Below are positions 29,360 through 39,656 of a stretch of DNA of 64,000 nt, piece after piece (position 1 is the first letter of the stretch; each line of letters opens with the position of its first letter). Below the pieces are notes generated by a model. It was not told where the DNA came from. It saw nothing but the letters and a program-made list of their open reading frames with translations, and ran no database searches. The stretch is from Perkinsela sp. CCAP 1560/9 (lineage: Eukaryota > Protista > Euglenozoa: Kinetoplastea): contig CBFFSA010000004.1 in assembly GCA_965644495.1 (NCBI GenBank), forward strand, positions 1,054,001 through 1,118,000. The letters are read 5' to 3'. The translations under genes were made by a program, and so were the position numbers.

Positions 29360-30187
29360 ATGAATGCATTGAAGGAGAGATATGCTACATGCCTGCAAGA
29401 ATTCTCTCCTGAAGAAACAAATTTTAGGGACTTAATCGTGTGTCAGAAAAAATATTTGGAGCTCTTGGACGAATTAAACAGCTATGATAGCATGCAAAGG
29501 GATGTTTTTCTTCACCTCTTACGACCCTTGTATCGGAAGTCAAACGCCTTGTTGTCGAAATACAAAAGAGAAGAATTGTTAAAGCTCTCATCGAAAAAAT
29601 CCGAAAGCCATGCGGTGGATGACAGAACGACACCCTCTGCATTCTCGCACGAAGCTCAGCGAGTGATCGAGAGAGAAGTCGCGCGTGCGGAGACCAGTCT
29701 TCGAACGCTCGAAGAGGGTGGCGACCTCATTCGAGGCGTGCACCACAGCTACGGCGTGTATGATGCAACCGCCCGACACACCCAGCAAGCACTCCGGGGA
29801 CTGCAGCGTGTGTGGAGGAGCGATGCTCTATTGTTAAGGTACAGCATTTTCCTGTTTGTGATGGTGTGTGCCCATGTGTGGCTCTCTCGTCTCCGTTTGT
29901 ACCGCTCAATGTATTACGTAGTGTGGGGTGCATACATAGGAATCATGCAACTTTGTTTTTGGTTGCATAAGCATGTGATTAAGAGTGAAATTATTACCGC
30001 ACTGTTCGCACAGTTTCACGTTACTTTCAACATGCGTATTTCAGGTGCAAATAGAACTTCAAATGCAATGAATCACAGGGACGAGTGGAATTTTCAATTA
30101 GAGGCGAAACCGAACACCTCAACGCATACTCCAAGCGCGTCAAATGAAACTTTTCGAGAATTACGTAAAAGTAACATCGAACTTTAG
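29360..30187 (+). CDS. Sec20/Qb-SNARE-like membrane protein
   Basis: REELL, coiled coil EREVARAETSLRTLEE, then DALLLRYSIFLFVMVCAHVWLSRL (TM). Confidence 0.65.
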   Translation: MNALKERYATCLQEFSPEETNFRDLIVCQKKYLELLDELNSYDSMQRDVFLHLLRPLYRKSNALLSKYKREELLKLSSKKSESHAVDDRTTPSAFSHEAQRVIEREVARAETSLRTLEEGGDLIRGVHHSYGVYDATARHTQQALRGLQRVWRSDALLLRYSIFLFVMVCAHVWLSRLRLYRSMYYVVWGAYIGIMQLCFWLHKHVIKSEIITALFAQFHVTFNMRISGANRTSNAMNHRDEWNFQLEAKPNTSTHTPSASNETFRELRKSNIEL

Positions 30188-30457
30188 TTCCTCATCTAAC
30201 GTTGATTTTCTCGCATTACATGTGATGGTTCGACTGTACTGCTGTGTATCGCGGTTGCGGCATTGCTATAGCCAGGCTACGCACTGATACTACAGGCTAA
30301 GCCTGTAGTATGCTCTTTTACTAAACCTCAACAAACCATGTCTCACGCATATTTTGCATGACGATAAGAAATATATTGTAGGATTTTTAATTTTTTTCAT
30401 TGTATAATGTCTTGTTTTGGTAGGTCACTCAAAAATCAAGAAATAAAGTATAAGTAA

Positions 30458-30864
30458 AGGGGGGGTACGTCTATTGTTGGCAATCATCTATTGTTGGCAA
30501 ACTAATAAAAACACCTATTGCTGGCAATCGGTTATTGTTGACATTTAATTATTTTTGGTTTTTTTGACCCATTGCCATGTATGACGTATAAACTCCTGGA
30601 ATCTGCGAAGGTCAAAATTTCCACTTTTTTCGAAACTTTCCTCTTTTTCGAGGATACGTATACATGTATGTGTCCTCGTGTATGTGAGGGGGGGCGACGG
30701 TAGTGTAAGTGATAAAAGTAGCGTAAGTTACCTTGATAGCCAACAATAGTTGATTTTATTGCCGTTCCATCTATTGTTGGTAAAGGGGGGTATTGTATCA
30801 TCTATTGTTGGCTATCGGCTATTGTTGGCAAAAAAAAGTAGCCAACAATAGACGAGCCCCCCCT
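30458..30864. mobile_element. MITE with G7 termini and CTATTGTTGGC subterminal repeats
   Basis: TIR AGGGGGGG(TA/CT)CGTCTATTGTTGGC with about 9 CTATTGTTGG-like motifs near the ends. No clear TSD. Confidence 0.75.
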
Positions 30865-30900
30865 CTAGTTGTAACCCACATTTTTTATATCACATAACGT

Positions 30901-31700
30901 ATGTGTGCACTTGTTGGTTACACCGTCGATGTGTCGACTTCACAGCAAAGCCGTGTAGGGAAAGTACGAGGAGCCAACTTGCCATCGGAATTTTTTCTGA
31001 TTCGATTCGTAGAATCCATTGAGAATCCACATACCACATGGAATGCATCGGTACCCATCTGTGATTGGAAAGGAGTCACTTGCGAGGACGGTGGCGACAT
31101 TACAGAAATCTTTTGGGAAAATATGGAGCTTCATGGATCGGTCCAATGGGAATGGTTGCCCAGTACAGTACGAAAGTTGGACCTGACGATAAACGGGCTG
31201 ACGAGCGAGCTTCCCCTTGATAACTTACAGCAAGAACTGGTTGTTTTTATTGCACCGGAGAACTCTTTTACAGGTGAAATTGATTTAGCACACCTGCCGG
31301 ACACTCTCCGTATTCTTCACTTACACAATAACATGTTGAACGGCAGCATAGAACTCGGTTCCCTTCCTGAGAGCTTGGAAGCGCTCAGTCTACATTCGAA
31401 CAAATTTTCTGGGAGCATTGATCTCGAAAGCCTTCAAGTTTAAGGGGTCTGAACTTAGGCGATAACAACTTGACTGGGACGCTGAATTTGGAGCATTTAC
31501 CGGCTACATTAAAAGGCCTTAACCTGGAATACAACGACTTTTCCGGTGCATCTAAGCTTGACGCACTTCCTACAGGCCAGGAACTCAGAATGGTGAACGG
31601 AAACAAAGAGCTTGGGGGTATCGTTCGAACTTCATATCTTCCTGCACCGCTAACATTTTTTCGTCACAAATATACGAAAATATGCGTTATGGAGACGTGA
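30901..31700 (+). pseudogene. Frameshifted LRR protein gene
   Basis: ORF 30901-31443 ends DLESLQV*. The LRR continues in another frame (SSLRGLNLGDNNLTGTLNLEHLP) to 31700, so the indel is near 31432-31436. Confidence 0.72.
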
Positions 31701-32169
31701 AGCGATTAAGAAGTGTTTTTAAACATGCTAAACAACCAAGTATGCTAAGTGGACCCTTTGATTAGTTTACTTGTACATACCTGTACATACATGTGTAAGC
31801 TTTTATTTCTTTGATTACCTGCTAGCAATACCTAGCACTTGATTTGCTATGAATTTAAATATTTTTTAGAGTTGGACTGCTGAGTAGTCAACAACGTTAA
31901 TGACATTAAATGTTGAATGATTACCCACTTGTTTCGGGTATGTATGTATTTTAGTTATACATGTACATGTTTCTTTTCGTATCCCATTTAAGGTAGAAAA
32001 AAAAGAGATAGAAACGTTTGCCGTTCGACAGTGATTTCAAATAAAATCTGCAGATTCAAGTGGGTTGAAACAACCTACATGTATTTCTTGAGCCGCATTC
32101 TCTTTTCTAACATTACACGCCCAGTAATGCACGACCAGGAGTATCATTACACGCTCTTTTACTTGAATC

Positions 32170-32916
32170 ATGAAAATGAAGCACGTTTATTTATTCAGTT
32201 GTCACGATTCAAGCTCGTCCCAACAAAGTTCTAATTCTCGTGCCAGCAGAGTTGGAAGAGCAAATTTACCACCTGAATATGAACTCACGCAACTTATTGA
32301 GGATATCGGAAATAAGCATCCCACATGGAATACGTTGGTCCCTGCGTGTGAGTGGAAAGGTGTCAAGTGTGAGGGCACTTATATTACTCAGCTAGATTGG
32401 ATACAACGAAGCCTTTTCGGGTCCATTCGATGGCCCTGGCTTCCGCAGTCACTGCAGAACTTTCTAGGAAGTACGAATCACCTTACGGGGACTGTCGAAC
32501 TCGATGCCCTGCCCTCGGGTATTCTCCATTTCAGTGTGATGGACAATGCTTTCAGTGGGAAATTGGATCTTCGATATTTACCGCAGACGGTAAAACGGCT
32601 TAGCTTCAGTTACAATCAATTTGAAGGAGAGGTTGACCTAAATCACCTTCCTATAAATCTTGCGAGGCTCCATTTAGGTTACAACCACTTGTCTGGCCCT
32701 ATAAATTTGACTAACCTTCCACCTAATCTAGTCGACTTATCTTTGCCTAACAATCAATTTTCGGGTACCGCAATAATGAATAACCTGCCGAAAAGCTTAC
32801 AGGCACTGCATGTGCATGGTAATAAGCAATTATGTGGTAAAGTTGACGCCTCGACTTTGCCAACTATTTTAGACAGCTTTCTTTATTCTGATACTAAAAT
32901 AATTCTTCAAGAATGA
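32170..32916 (+). CDS. Leucine-rich repeat protein (tandem copy 1)
   Basis: PACEWKGVKC cap plus LRRs; close paralog of 33281-34021. Confidence 0.9.
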   Translation: MKMKHVYLFSCHDSSSSQQSSNSRASRVGRANLPPEYELTQLIEDIGNKHPTWNTLVPACEWKGVKCEGTYITQLDWIQRSLFGSIRWPWLPQSLQNFLGSTNHLTGTVELDALPSGILHFSVMDNAFSGKLDLRYLPQTVKRLSFSYNQFEGEVDLNHLPINLARLHLGYNHLSGPINLTNLPPNLVDLSLPNNQFSGTAIMNNLPKSLQALHVHGNKQLCGKVDASTLPTILDSFLYSDTKIILQE

Positions 32917-33280
32917 GTTACATGCAGCTGTGGAGATCATATTCAAAAAATATTCTCCATACTTAATAAGCGTTTTGGTGACACTCCCAACCAGCACAAA
33001 AACCTACATGTACGAAATATCGTACGCAATGACTAGTATAGTATTCTTCACTCTTACTTTTATTTTTTTAAGGTCAAACTTCATTCAATTTGGAAGCAGT
33101 TTTCAGTGCGAAGTAGTACAGGTGTCTTTCCGTACCGCACTCTTCACGGAAAACGAGGTGCGCCTAAATGGGGGGGGGGGTATTTTCTGCACAACATTCT
33201 CTTTTCTAACATTACATGCTCAGTAATACACAACCAGTAGTGCCATTACATGCTCCTTTACTTGTAAAATTATTTGTAAA

Positions 33281-34021
33281 ATGAAGCACGCTTATTTATT
33301 CAGTTGTCACGATTCAAGCTCGTCCGAACAAAGTTCTAATTCTCATGCCAGCAAAGTCGGAAGAGCAAATTTACCACCTGAATATGAACTTATGCAACTT
33401 ATTGAGGATATCGGAAATAAGCATTCCACATGGAATCCATCAGTCCCTGCGTGTGAGTGGAAAGGTGTCAAGTGTGAGGGCAGTTGTATTACTAAGATAG
33501 ATTGGATTGGACAAAATTTTTTCGGGTCCATTCGATGGCCCTGGCTTCCGCAGTCACTGCAGATCTTTCTAGTAAGTACGAACCAGCTTACGGGGGCTGT
33601 CGAACTCGATGCCCTGCCCTCGGGTATTCTCCATTTCAATGTGATGGACAATGCTTTCAGTGGGAAATTGGAGCTTCGACACTTACCCCAGACGGTAAAG
33701 CGGCTTTACTTTAGCTACAACCAATTTGAAGGAGAGGTTGACCTAAGTCACCTTCCCGCAAGTCTTATGATGCTCCATGTAGGTAACAACCAACTGTATG
33801 GCCCCTTAAATTTGACAAATCTTCCACCTAATCTAGTCGACTTATCTTTGCCTAACAATCAGTTCTCGGGTACTGCAATCATGAATAACTTGCCGAAAAG
33901 CTTGCAGGCAATAGATGTACATGGCAATAAACAATTATGTGGTAAAGTGGATGTCTCAACGTTGCCAACCATTTTAAACAGCTTTCTTTATTCTGATACT
34001 AAAATAGTTCTTCAAGAATGA
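33281..34021 (+). CDS. Leucine-rich repeat protein (tandem copy 2)
   Basis: Colinear with 32170-32916, including the flanks. Confidence 0.9.
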   Translation: MKHAYLFSCHDSSSSEQSSNSHASKVGRANLPPEYELMQLIEDIGNKHSTWNPSVPACEWKGVKCEGSCITKIDWIGQNFFGSIRWPWLPQSLQIFLVSTNQLTGAVELDALPSGILHFNVMDNAFSGKLELRHLPQTVKRLYFSYNQFEGEVDLSHLPASLMMLHVGNNQLYGPLNLTNLPPNLVDLSLPNNQFSGTAIMNNLPKSLQAIDVHGNKQLCGKVDVSTLPTILNSFLYSDTKIVLQE

Positions 34022-34025
34022 GTTC

Positions 34026-34121
34026 TTAGAGCATTGAGCAGAAAAGAAAGTAAAGGAAAGAAAGGGAAGTAAGAGGAAGGAAGGAAGTTATGGAAAGCAC
34101 AAAGGTAAGGGAGAGCGTCGA

Positions 34122-34152
<31 letters not shown>

Positions 34153-34379
34153 TTACTACAAAAAATTATACAAAAGTTATACAAATGTATTACTACAAAA
34201 GTTATACAAAAGTAATACAAAAGTTATAATACAAAAGTTATAATACAAAAGTTATAATACAAAAGTTATAATACAAAAGTTATAATACAAAAGTTATAAT
34301 ACAAAAGTTATAGTACAAAAGTTATAATACAAAAGTTATAATACAAAAGTTATAAGGTATAATTATAAAATATTTAGAA
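34026..34379. mobile_element. 354-bp simple-repeat insertion with 9-bp target-site duplication
   Basis: AATGAGTTC at 34017-34025 and 34380-34388. Contains a purine tract, (CTA)n and a 14-bp ATACAAAAGTTATA array. Absent from the paralogous site at ~32912. Confidence 0.75.
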
Positions 34380-34597
34380 AATGAGTTCCATACAGCTGTG
34401 GAGATAATGTTAAAAAAGTATGATCCACTTTAATTCTCGTTTTGGTGTTTTCTGCCACCCAAGACAAAAACCTGCACGTACGCAATATCGTAGGCAATGA
34501 TTAGTACAGTATAGCACTCTTCATTCTTACTTTTATTTACTTTTTATTCACAATCTAGCCGTTACTTTCTGTTTTCCTTTCCCCACTCTGTTCCCCC

Positions 34598-35419
34598 ATG
34601 TTAGCGTTATTCCCCCGTGGCCCCTTAATGGACCCATGGCAGGCGGACTTCACCGCCTCCTGGGTCACCTCCACCTCCACGACCTTCCTCACCTTCCCCC
34701 TTGACACACTAAAAGTATTCTGGCAGGCCAACAACAATAACCCCCGACAGACGCTATCCACCCTCGGGGTCCTCGGGCTCTACCGCGGGGTTCAGGTCAG
34801 CCTGCTGCTCAACGGGGTGATCGTCTCCCTGATCTTTACCCTTTTCGAGGGGTGGAAACGAGAACTCGCGCGTCTCACTCCACTCACGGGGCTCCAGATC
34901 CCCATAGCCGCTGGATTTCTCAGCGGGCTGTTCGGCTCCCTGGTGCTGTGCCCCACGAACTGCACAAAGGCACGGCTGCAGATCCATGGGGGCTCGCTGA
35001 AAGAGGCCATAAAGCTGCTGAGGTTCCGCGGGATGTACCGAGGCATTCCTGCCGAGATGACGGCATGCTCGATCGGCCGGGCGTGTTACTTTGGAAGCTA
35101 CGAGGGGGTGAAATCGTTGTTTGTGACAAACCCCACGGAGCGACGGTGGTGGCACTCCATGGCAGCGGCCACGGTTACCGGAGTCACCGGGTGGACGGTG
35201 ATCTTTTCCGTGGACTTGGTGAAGACCAAACTGCAGGCCACGCCCTACCGCTATAAGGGGTACTGGGATTGTGCTGCCCAGACCTACCGTTCGAAAGGAG
35301 TGTTGGGGTTCTGGACGGGATATCACCTCGCGGTGTCTCGATCCACACTAAATGCGATTATTGCACTCCCGCTGTTCGATGGCACCAAGGAATACCTGCA
35401 TGGGAACTATGTGCGGTGA
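34598..35419 (+). CDS. Mitochondrial carrier (SLC25) protein
   Basis: Three repeats with PLDTLK, PTNCTKARLQ and SVDLVKTKLQ, plus G.LGLYRG-type motifs. Confidence 0.92.
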   Translation: MLALFPRGPLMDPWQADFTASWVTSTSTTFLTFPLDTLKVFWQANNNNPRQTLSTLGVLGLYRGVQVSLLLNGVIVSLIFTLFEGWKRELARLTPLTGLQIPIAAGFLSGLFGSLVLCPTNCTKARLQIHGGSLKEAIKLLRFRGMYRGIPAEMTACSIGRACYFGSYEGVKSLFVTNPTERRWWHSMAAATVTGVTGWTVIFSVDLVKTKLQATPYRYKGYWDCAAQTYRSKGVLGFWTGYHLAVSRSTLNAIIALPLFDGTKEYLHGNYVR

Positions 35420-35807
35420 TGGGCTCTCCGAGAAAAGGCGAGGGTGTGTGATCCCTGATTCTTACATTTTACACATTGTTGTGTGTGAAGGGGTCGTGTT
35501 TTACGACACATAGTTTTCGATCTTGAGAATCTAGTCACCTTAAGCAACTTTCTTGCCGTAACCTTTTGGTTTATTTGTCAAGGGAGCAGTAAAAGTTTCA
35601 CAAAAAAACAAAAACAACATAAGAATCCATTTTTTTTAATTCGTTTAACTTCTACGTTTGGACAACTAGTTTCAGACTAAATTCTTCGTGGTGTACAGCG
35701 ATCATTCGCGGTGTAGAGCTATATGAAAAAGAAGTTATTTTTTCATTTTTATTTTGTAATAGAGTACAACATTGCCTTTACATCACTCTTGCGACAAGCG
35801 TCGAAAA

Positions 35808-36557
35808 ATGAACCTAACTGAAAGTAATGAAGTGCAAAACTGTGCAGCGTGTGATCTTTACACAGATGAGAATTTCGAAGAAGCCTTAGTCCTGTTAGCG
35901 GAATTCCCATATGAAATTTCGGACACTGGAGACGATGAAGAATCATCGAATCGGTCTTCAATTGATTGGGAGGAAGTACAACCATGGATGTTTTCGGTTG
36001 TAAGTGCACCACTAGAATATGACGTATCACATCGAAACCTACATCTGAAACGTTGGCGAAATGAAATGGAAGAGAGCACCACCCTCAATGAACATACAGC
36101 AAAAGAGAATGACAACCTAAATGCGAACGAACAAGAATATATCGCACCGGAGACACCGTATGAAATACTATCTTGGAAAGGCATAACAAACGACTTTGGC
36201 AGTGGACTGGAGCCACGGGTATACGCACGTGTAATTGCGAAGGCCAATAAACTGATCGTACGACAAGATCTAAATTCATGCGATGTGGATGAACATCGTA
36301 CCGAAGGGGATACAATGCGGGTAAATCCATACTTGTTCGGTGCCTATGGTGACTCTGTTCCGAACGAAGTAGGAACTTTTCCATCTACTGCACATGAGTC
36401 TTTCCCTGCATGGACAACACCTGTAGGACTACCGAAAACAAATCAATCATCACAAATCAATCAGCCCATCCCAACAAGTTTCATATCTCCAAATGAAGCA
36501 TTGGGATCACGTATAGAACAGTGGAGGCAAAAACAATATAGCGAATTAACTAAGTAG
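35808..36557 (+). CDS. Hypothetical acidic protein
   Basis: ~250-aa ORF on the cluster strand; no motif recognised. Confidence 0.6.
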   Translation: MNLTESNEVQNCAACDLYTDENFEEALVLLAEFPYEISDTGDDEESSNRSSIDWEEVQPWMFSVVSAPLEYDVSHRNLHLKRWRNEMEESTTLNEHTAKENDNLNANEQEYIAPETPYEILSWKGITNDFGSGLEPRVYARVIAKANKLIVRQDLNSCDVDEHRTEGDTMRVNPYLFGAYGDSVPNEVGTFPSTAHESFPAWTTPVGLPKTNQSSQINQPIPTSFISPNEALGSRIEQWRQKQYSELTK

Positions 36558-36760
36558 GCACTAAACAGTGTTCTAGTTCTTTCCTATGAGGTTGCTATGA
36601 GATATTGCCCCAGAACCGAATTACATGCTTGTACTTATTTTACTGTATATGCGATTGAAGCAGAACGTATACTTTTTGTTACAAACATTTTATGTACACT
36701 TTTTATCACAAACAATTTAGAACGTACAATATAGGACAAATATATTTCTCGTCCAGAGTG

Positions 36761-39400
36761 ATGCTTGCGCGCGGTAGACCAATTTCACTTGGCATTCTGA
36801 AAAATAGATGTTTGGCATTTCCTGCGTTCTCTCGCTTGATTCGTACGAATACTGTGTCGTTTGGCACAAGTGGGAGCTTGTCTTCTCTCGAGACCCTATC
36901 AACACCTAGTTTTGGGCCTTTGGTTCCACCCACCTCAACTGGATCGAGCAACAGTACTCCAGTCGAGGTGTCCAATGTTTCCATGCACGCCTTGTCGGAC
37001 CTCAACGCTTCCGAGATGCACGGGCCCTGGCTATTGATCCTTCCGGAACTTGACTATTCGGGGGGAAAGGACAGCCAGCCCATTCCCTCCGGAGAACTTT
37101 TGATGCTTCCCTGCGGCACGGCTTATTACCGTCCAGGTGCAGAGTTAGGCTACGGTGTCGGAAAATTTGAGGTAACGGCTGGCGGCATGCTTCAAATGCG
37201 CTTGGAAATCTATGTCTACGCACAGACTTCCAAGCAACCTGCGACTAACTCACGAATTCTTACTTTTGAAGGAATTGTACAAAACGCAAAAATTGGATCG
37301 CACAATGCTGAGATCTACACTTGTAACGGAAAAGTAGCGTTGGAGGGAAGCGACATGGCCACTGGGGAATTCCAGATGGCAAAAATGGCAAATTGGAACG
37401 CCGAGACGCAAAATCCTCCTCCGTATGCCCCCAATGAGGAGCTGATGCGGGAGCTGGAGAAAGTGATACCCCCGATCGAGTCTTTTCCTCGCCGTCGTCG
37501 TGTGGACTTCACTAAGCATTCCGTTGGCACGATTCCTCATGTGTACTATGTACCCGAATGGGTGACCACTGAGGAGGAATCCACCATGCTGCGTATTCTC
37601 AAAAATACCCCATCGGAGGTAAAGTCAAAACTTCAGAAGCGTCTGGTCCAGGAGTACGGTGGCTCCATGTGTTCCACTTGCAATACCAGCTTTGTATCGG
37701 AGGGCAACCTGCCCACGTGGTGCAACCAGGTCTGTGACGGATTGCTGCAAAGCTCTGTCTTTACCCCTGCGACATTTCCAAACAACGTACGAGTGCATGA
37801 GTATCAGCCGGGAGAAGGGATCGCACCCCACGTGGACGGTCCTATTTACGTCCCGCGTGTTGCCATTCTCTCACTTGCCGCCCCTACGCTTATCTCGTTT
37901 TACCCTCGCCGTGAGCCCTATACCAACCCCATGGACCACTACGATGACACGTTCAAATTTGATGGGGAGATCGCGAAGGAGCGACCGATCCAAAGTTTAA
38001 TACTGGAGCCACGCTCCTTGCTTGTCTTTTCGAGCGACGCCTACTGGTTGCATCCTCATGGGATTACCGATAAATTGGAAGACTCGCTGTTAGAGGAGCA
38101 TGCGGGTCCGATTGTGAATCGAAGCGTTGTGCACTGCGTTCCGCCCACAGCAACAAAACTTGCACGGAAGTACCGAGTAGGGGTCACGGTCCGCAATTTG
38201 CTCCCCCGATGCAATCATCAGCCTACTCGCGCTGAGTACTTTCTTTCTCGGGCGTTGCACATTACGGAAGGAGCAACCCCCAAAAAGCACATTCCTATGA
38301 AAACTAAGACCAAGAGCACAATGCCTGCTTCATTGGACACCAAACCCCCGCACCCTACCTCAACATCTACACCGGCAAAAGCCATACCCCAAGCCCCTGA
38401 ACCCACCCCACGCCGTTTCACCCTTCCTCGTCTTCGAACCCCCACAACGTCGGAAGCCCCGACCGTATCTTCCTCCCCACCCTCCACGCCTACCACGACG
38501 TCCCCTGTCTCCCCCACCCCTCCACCCCCCTCCCCTTCGAAATTTTCCCACCCCTCAACTCCCCCTCTCCATCCCCCAACCGCCGCTTCTCCACGACACC
38601 ACGACACCCCCACCGTACCCCCGGCCCTACCCACAACCCCTCCCCCTCCCCTCCCCCCGGGGTACCCCCCCTACCCACATGTCCCCTACCCCCCCATCTA
38701 CCCCCTGGGTGTCTACCCCTGTGTGTACCCCGTAGTGCACACACCCCCCTATGCCCTGTGGAACACATGTAACCACAGTACAATGGTTAACCCCAATACA
38801 ATGGTTAACCCCAATGCAATGGTTAACCCCAATGCAACGGTTAACCCCAATGCAATGGGTATCCACAACACAATGGTTAACCCCAATGCAACGGTTAACC
38901 CCAATGCAATGGGTATCCACAACACAATGGTTAACCCCAATGCAATGGGTAGCCACACTACAATGGGTAACCCCAGTACTATGGTTAACCCCAATACAAT
39001 GGGTAGCCCCACACAAAGTAATCCGGGCTCACAGGGGACACAAGATACAAATACAAGTCCAGAGAATACGGTGATGGGATCCCATGGGGAGGGAATGAAA
39101 GACACAAGTAGAGTTCGGGAAGCTGGGGAACAGTACGGGGGGGACACGCTCAAACAAGCGTTAGAGGAGAGTAAGGAACGCGTGAGTGCGTTACGTGGTG
39201 ATGTTGCGGCACTGCAAAAAGTGGTGGAGGGGTTTCAGAAGGCCACGAATGCGATACTGCAGGCGATGGTGGAGAACCATGTGAAGGCGAAACAGGATCA
39301 GGGGCTTGCGTTGGATGCCATGTGTAAAGCGGTGGTGGAAACGAATGCGATGGTGAAACAGATGGCACAAACTGTGAAGGATAAGTTGATTGAAAACTAA
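36761..39400 (+). CDS. AlkB-family 2OG-Fe(II) oxygenase (ALKBH6-like) with long N- and C-terminal extensions
   Basis: PNNVRVHEYQPGEGIAPHVDGP (HxD), LEPRSLLVF, HGI and RVGVTVR. Arg-rich presequence-like N-terminus, Pro-rich linker and C-terminal coiled coil. Confidence 0.88.
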   Translation: MLARGRPISLGILKNRCLAFPAFSRLIRTNTVSFGTSGSLSSLETLSTPSFGPLVPPTSTGSSNSTPVEVSNVSMHALSDLNASEMHGPWLLILPELDYSGGKDSQPIPSGELLMLPCGTAYYRPGAELGYGVGKFEVTAGGMLQMRLEIYVYAQTSKQPATNSRILTFEGIVQNAKIGSHNAEIYTCNGKVALEGSDMATGEFQMAKMANWNAETQNPPPYAPNEELMRELEKVIPPIESFPRRRRVDFTKHSVGTIPHVYYVPEWVTTEEESTMLRILKNTPSEVKSKLQKRLVQEYGGSMCSTCNTSFVSEGNLPTWCNQVCDGLLQSSVFTPATFPNNVRVHEYQPGEGIAPHVDGPIYVPRVAILSLAAPTLISFYPRREPYTNPMDHYDDTFKFDGEIAKERPIQSLILEPRSLLVFSSDAYWLHPHGITDKLEDSLLEEHAGPIVNRSVVHCVPPTATKLARKYRVGVTVRNLLPRCNHQPTRAEYFLSRALHITEGATPKKHIPMKTKTKSTMPASLDTKPPHPTSTSTPAKAIPQAPEPTPRRFTLPRLRTPTTSEAPTVSSSPPSTPTTTSPVSPTPPPPSPSKFSHPSTPPLHPPTAASPRHHDTPTVPPALPTTPPPPLPPGYPPYPHVPYPPIYPLGVYPCVYPVVHTPPYALWNTCNHSTMVNPNTMVNPNAMVNPNATVNPNAMGIHNTMVNPNATVNPNAMGIHNTMVNPNAMGSHTTMGNPSTMVNPNTMGSPTQSNPGSQGTQDTNTSPENTVMGSHGEGMKDTSRVREAGEQYGGDTLKQALEESKERVSALRGDVAALQKVVEGFQKATNAILQAMVENHVKAKQDQGLALDAMCKAVVETNAMVKQMAQTVKDKLIEN
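38778..39012 (+). repeat. In-frame 18-bp minisatellite encoding (M/T)VNPN(A/T)
   Basis: CAATGGTTAACCCCAATG units, about 13 copies, with a 54-bp higher-order duplication. Confidence 0.9.
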
Positions 39401-39656
39401 GAAAAATGAAAGTACTGTGCACTTTTTGAATCATCTGGAAGAGTTCCTTGTAAGAGCATGAATGATGTGAATGGGCTCGCTTCCTATACGTTTAGCTTTG
39501 CTAGCATTAGATGCGTGTACATCGGTACGCATTCACAAACATAAGTTTTTTCTCTATACAACAGAGTTTTTTCTCTGTAGACAAAACCCAATATTTATCG
39601 CACCAAAATTCCTGAAACCTTTTTTCCATAATTAAATTTATAGGTTTTACTCGTTT

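Noticed and set aside
6170-31445. Stop-codon reassignment or programmed frameshifting to explain the split LRR genes
   Set aside because: TAA, TAG and TGA all end conserved genes at expected positions, the breaks need frame changes, and no slippery heptamer is present.
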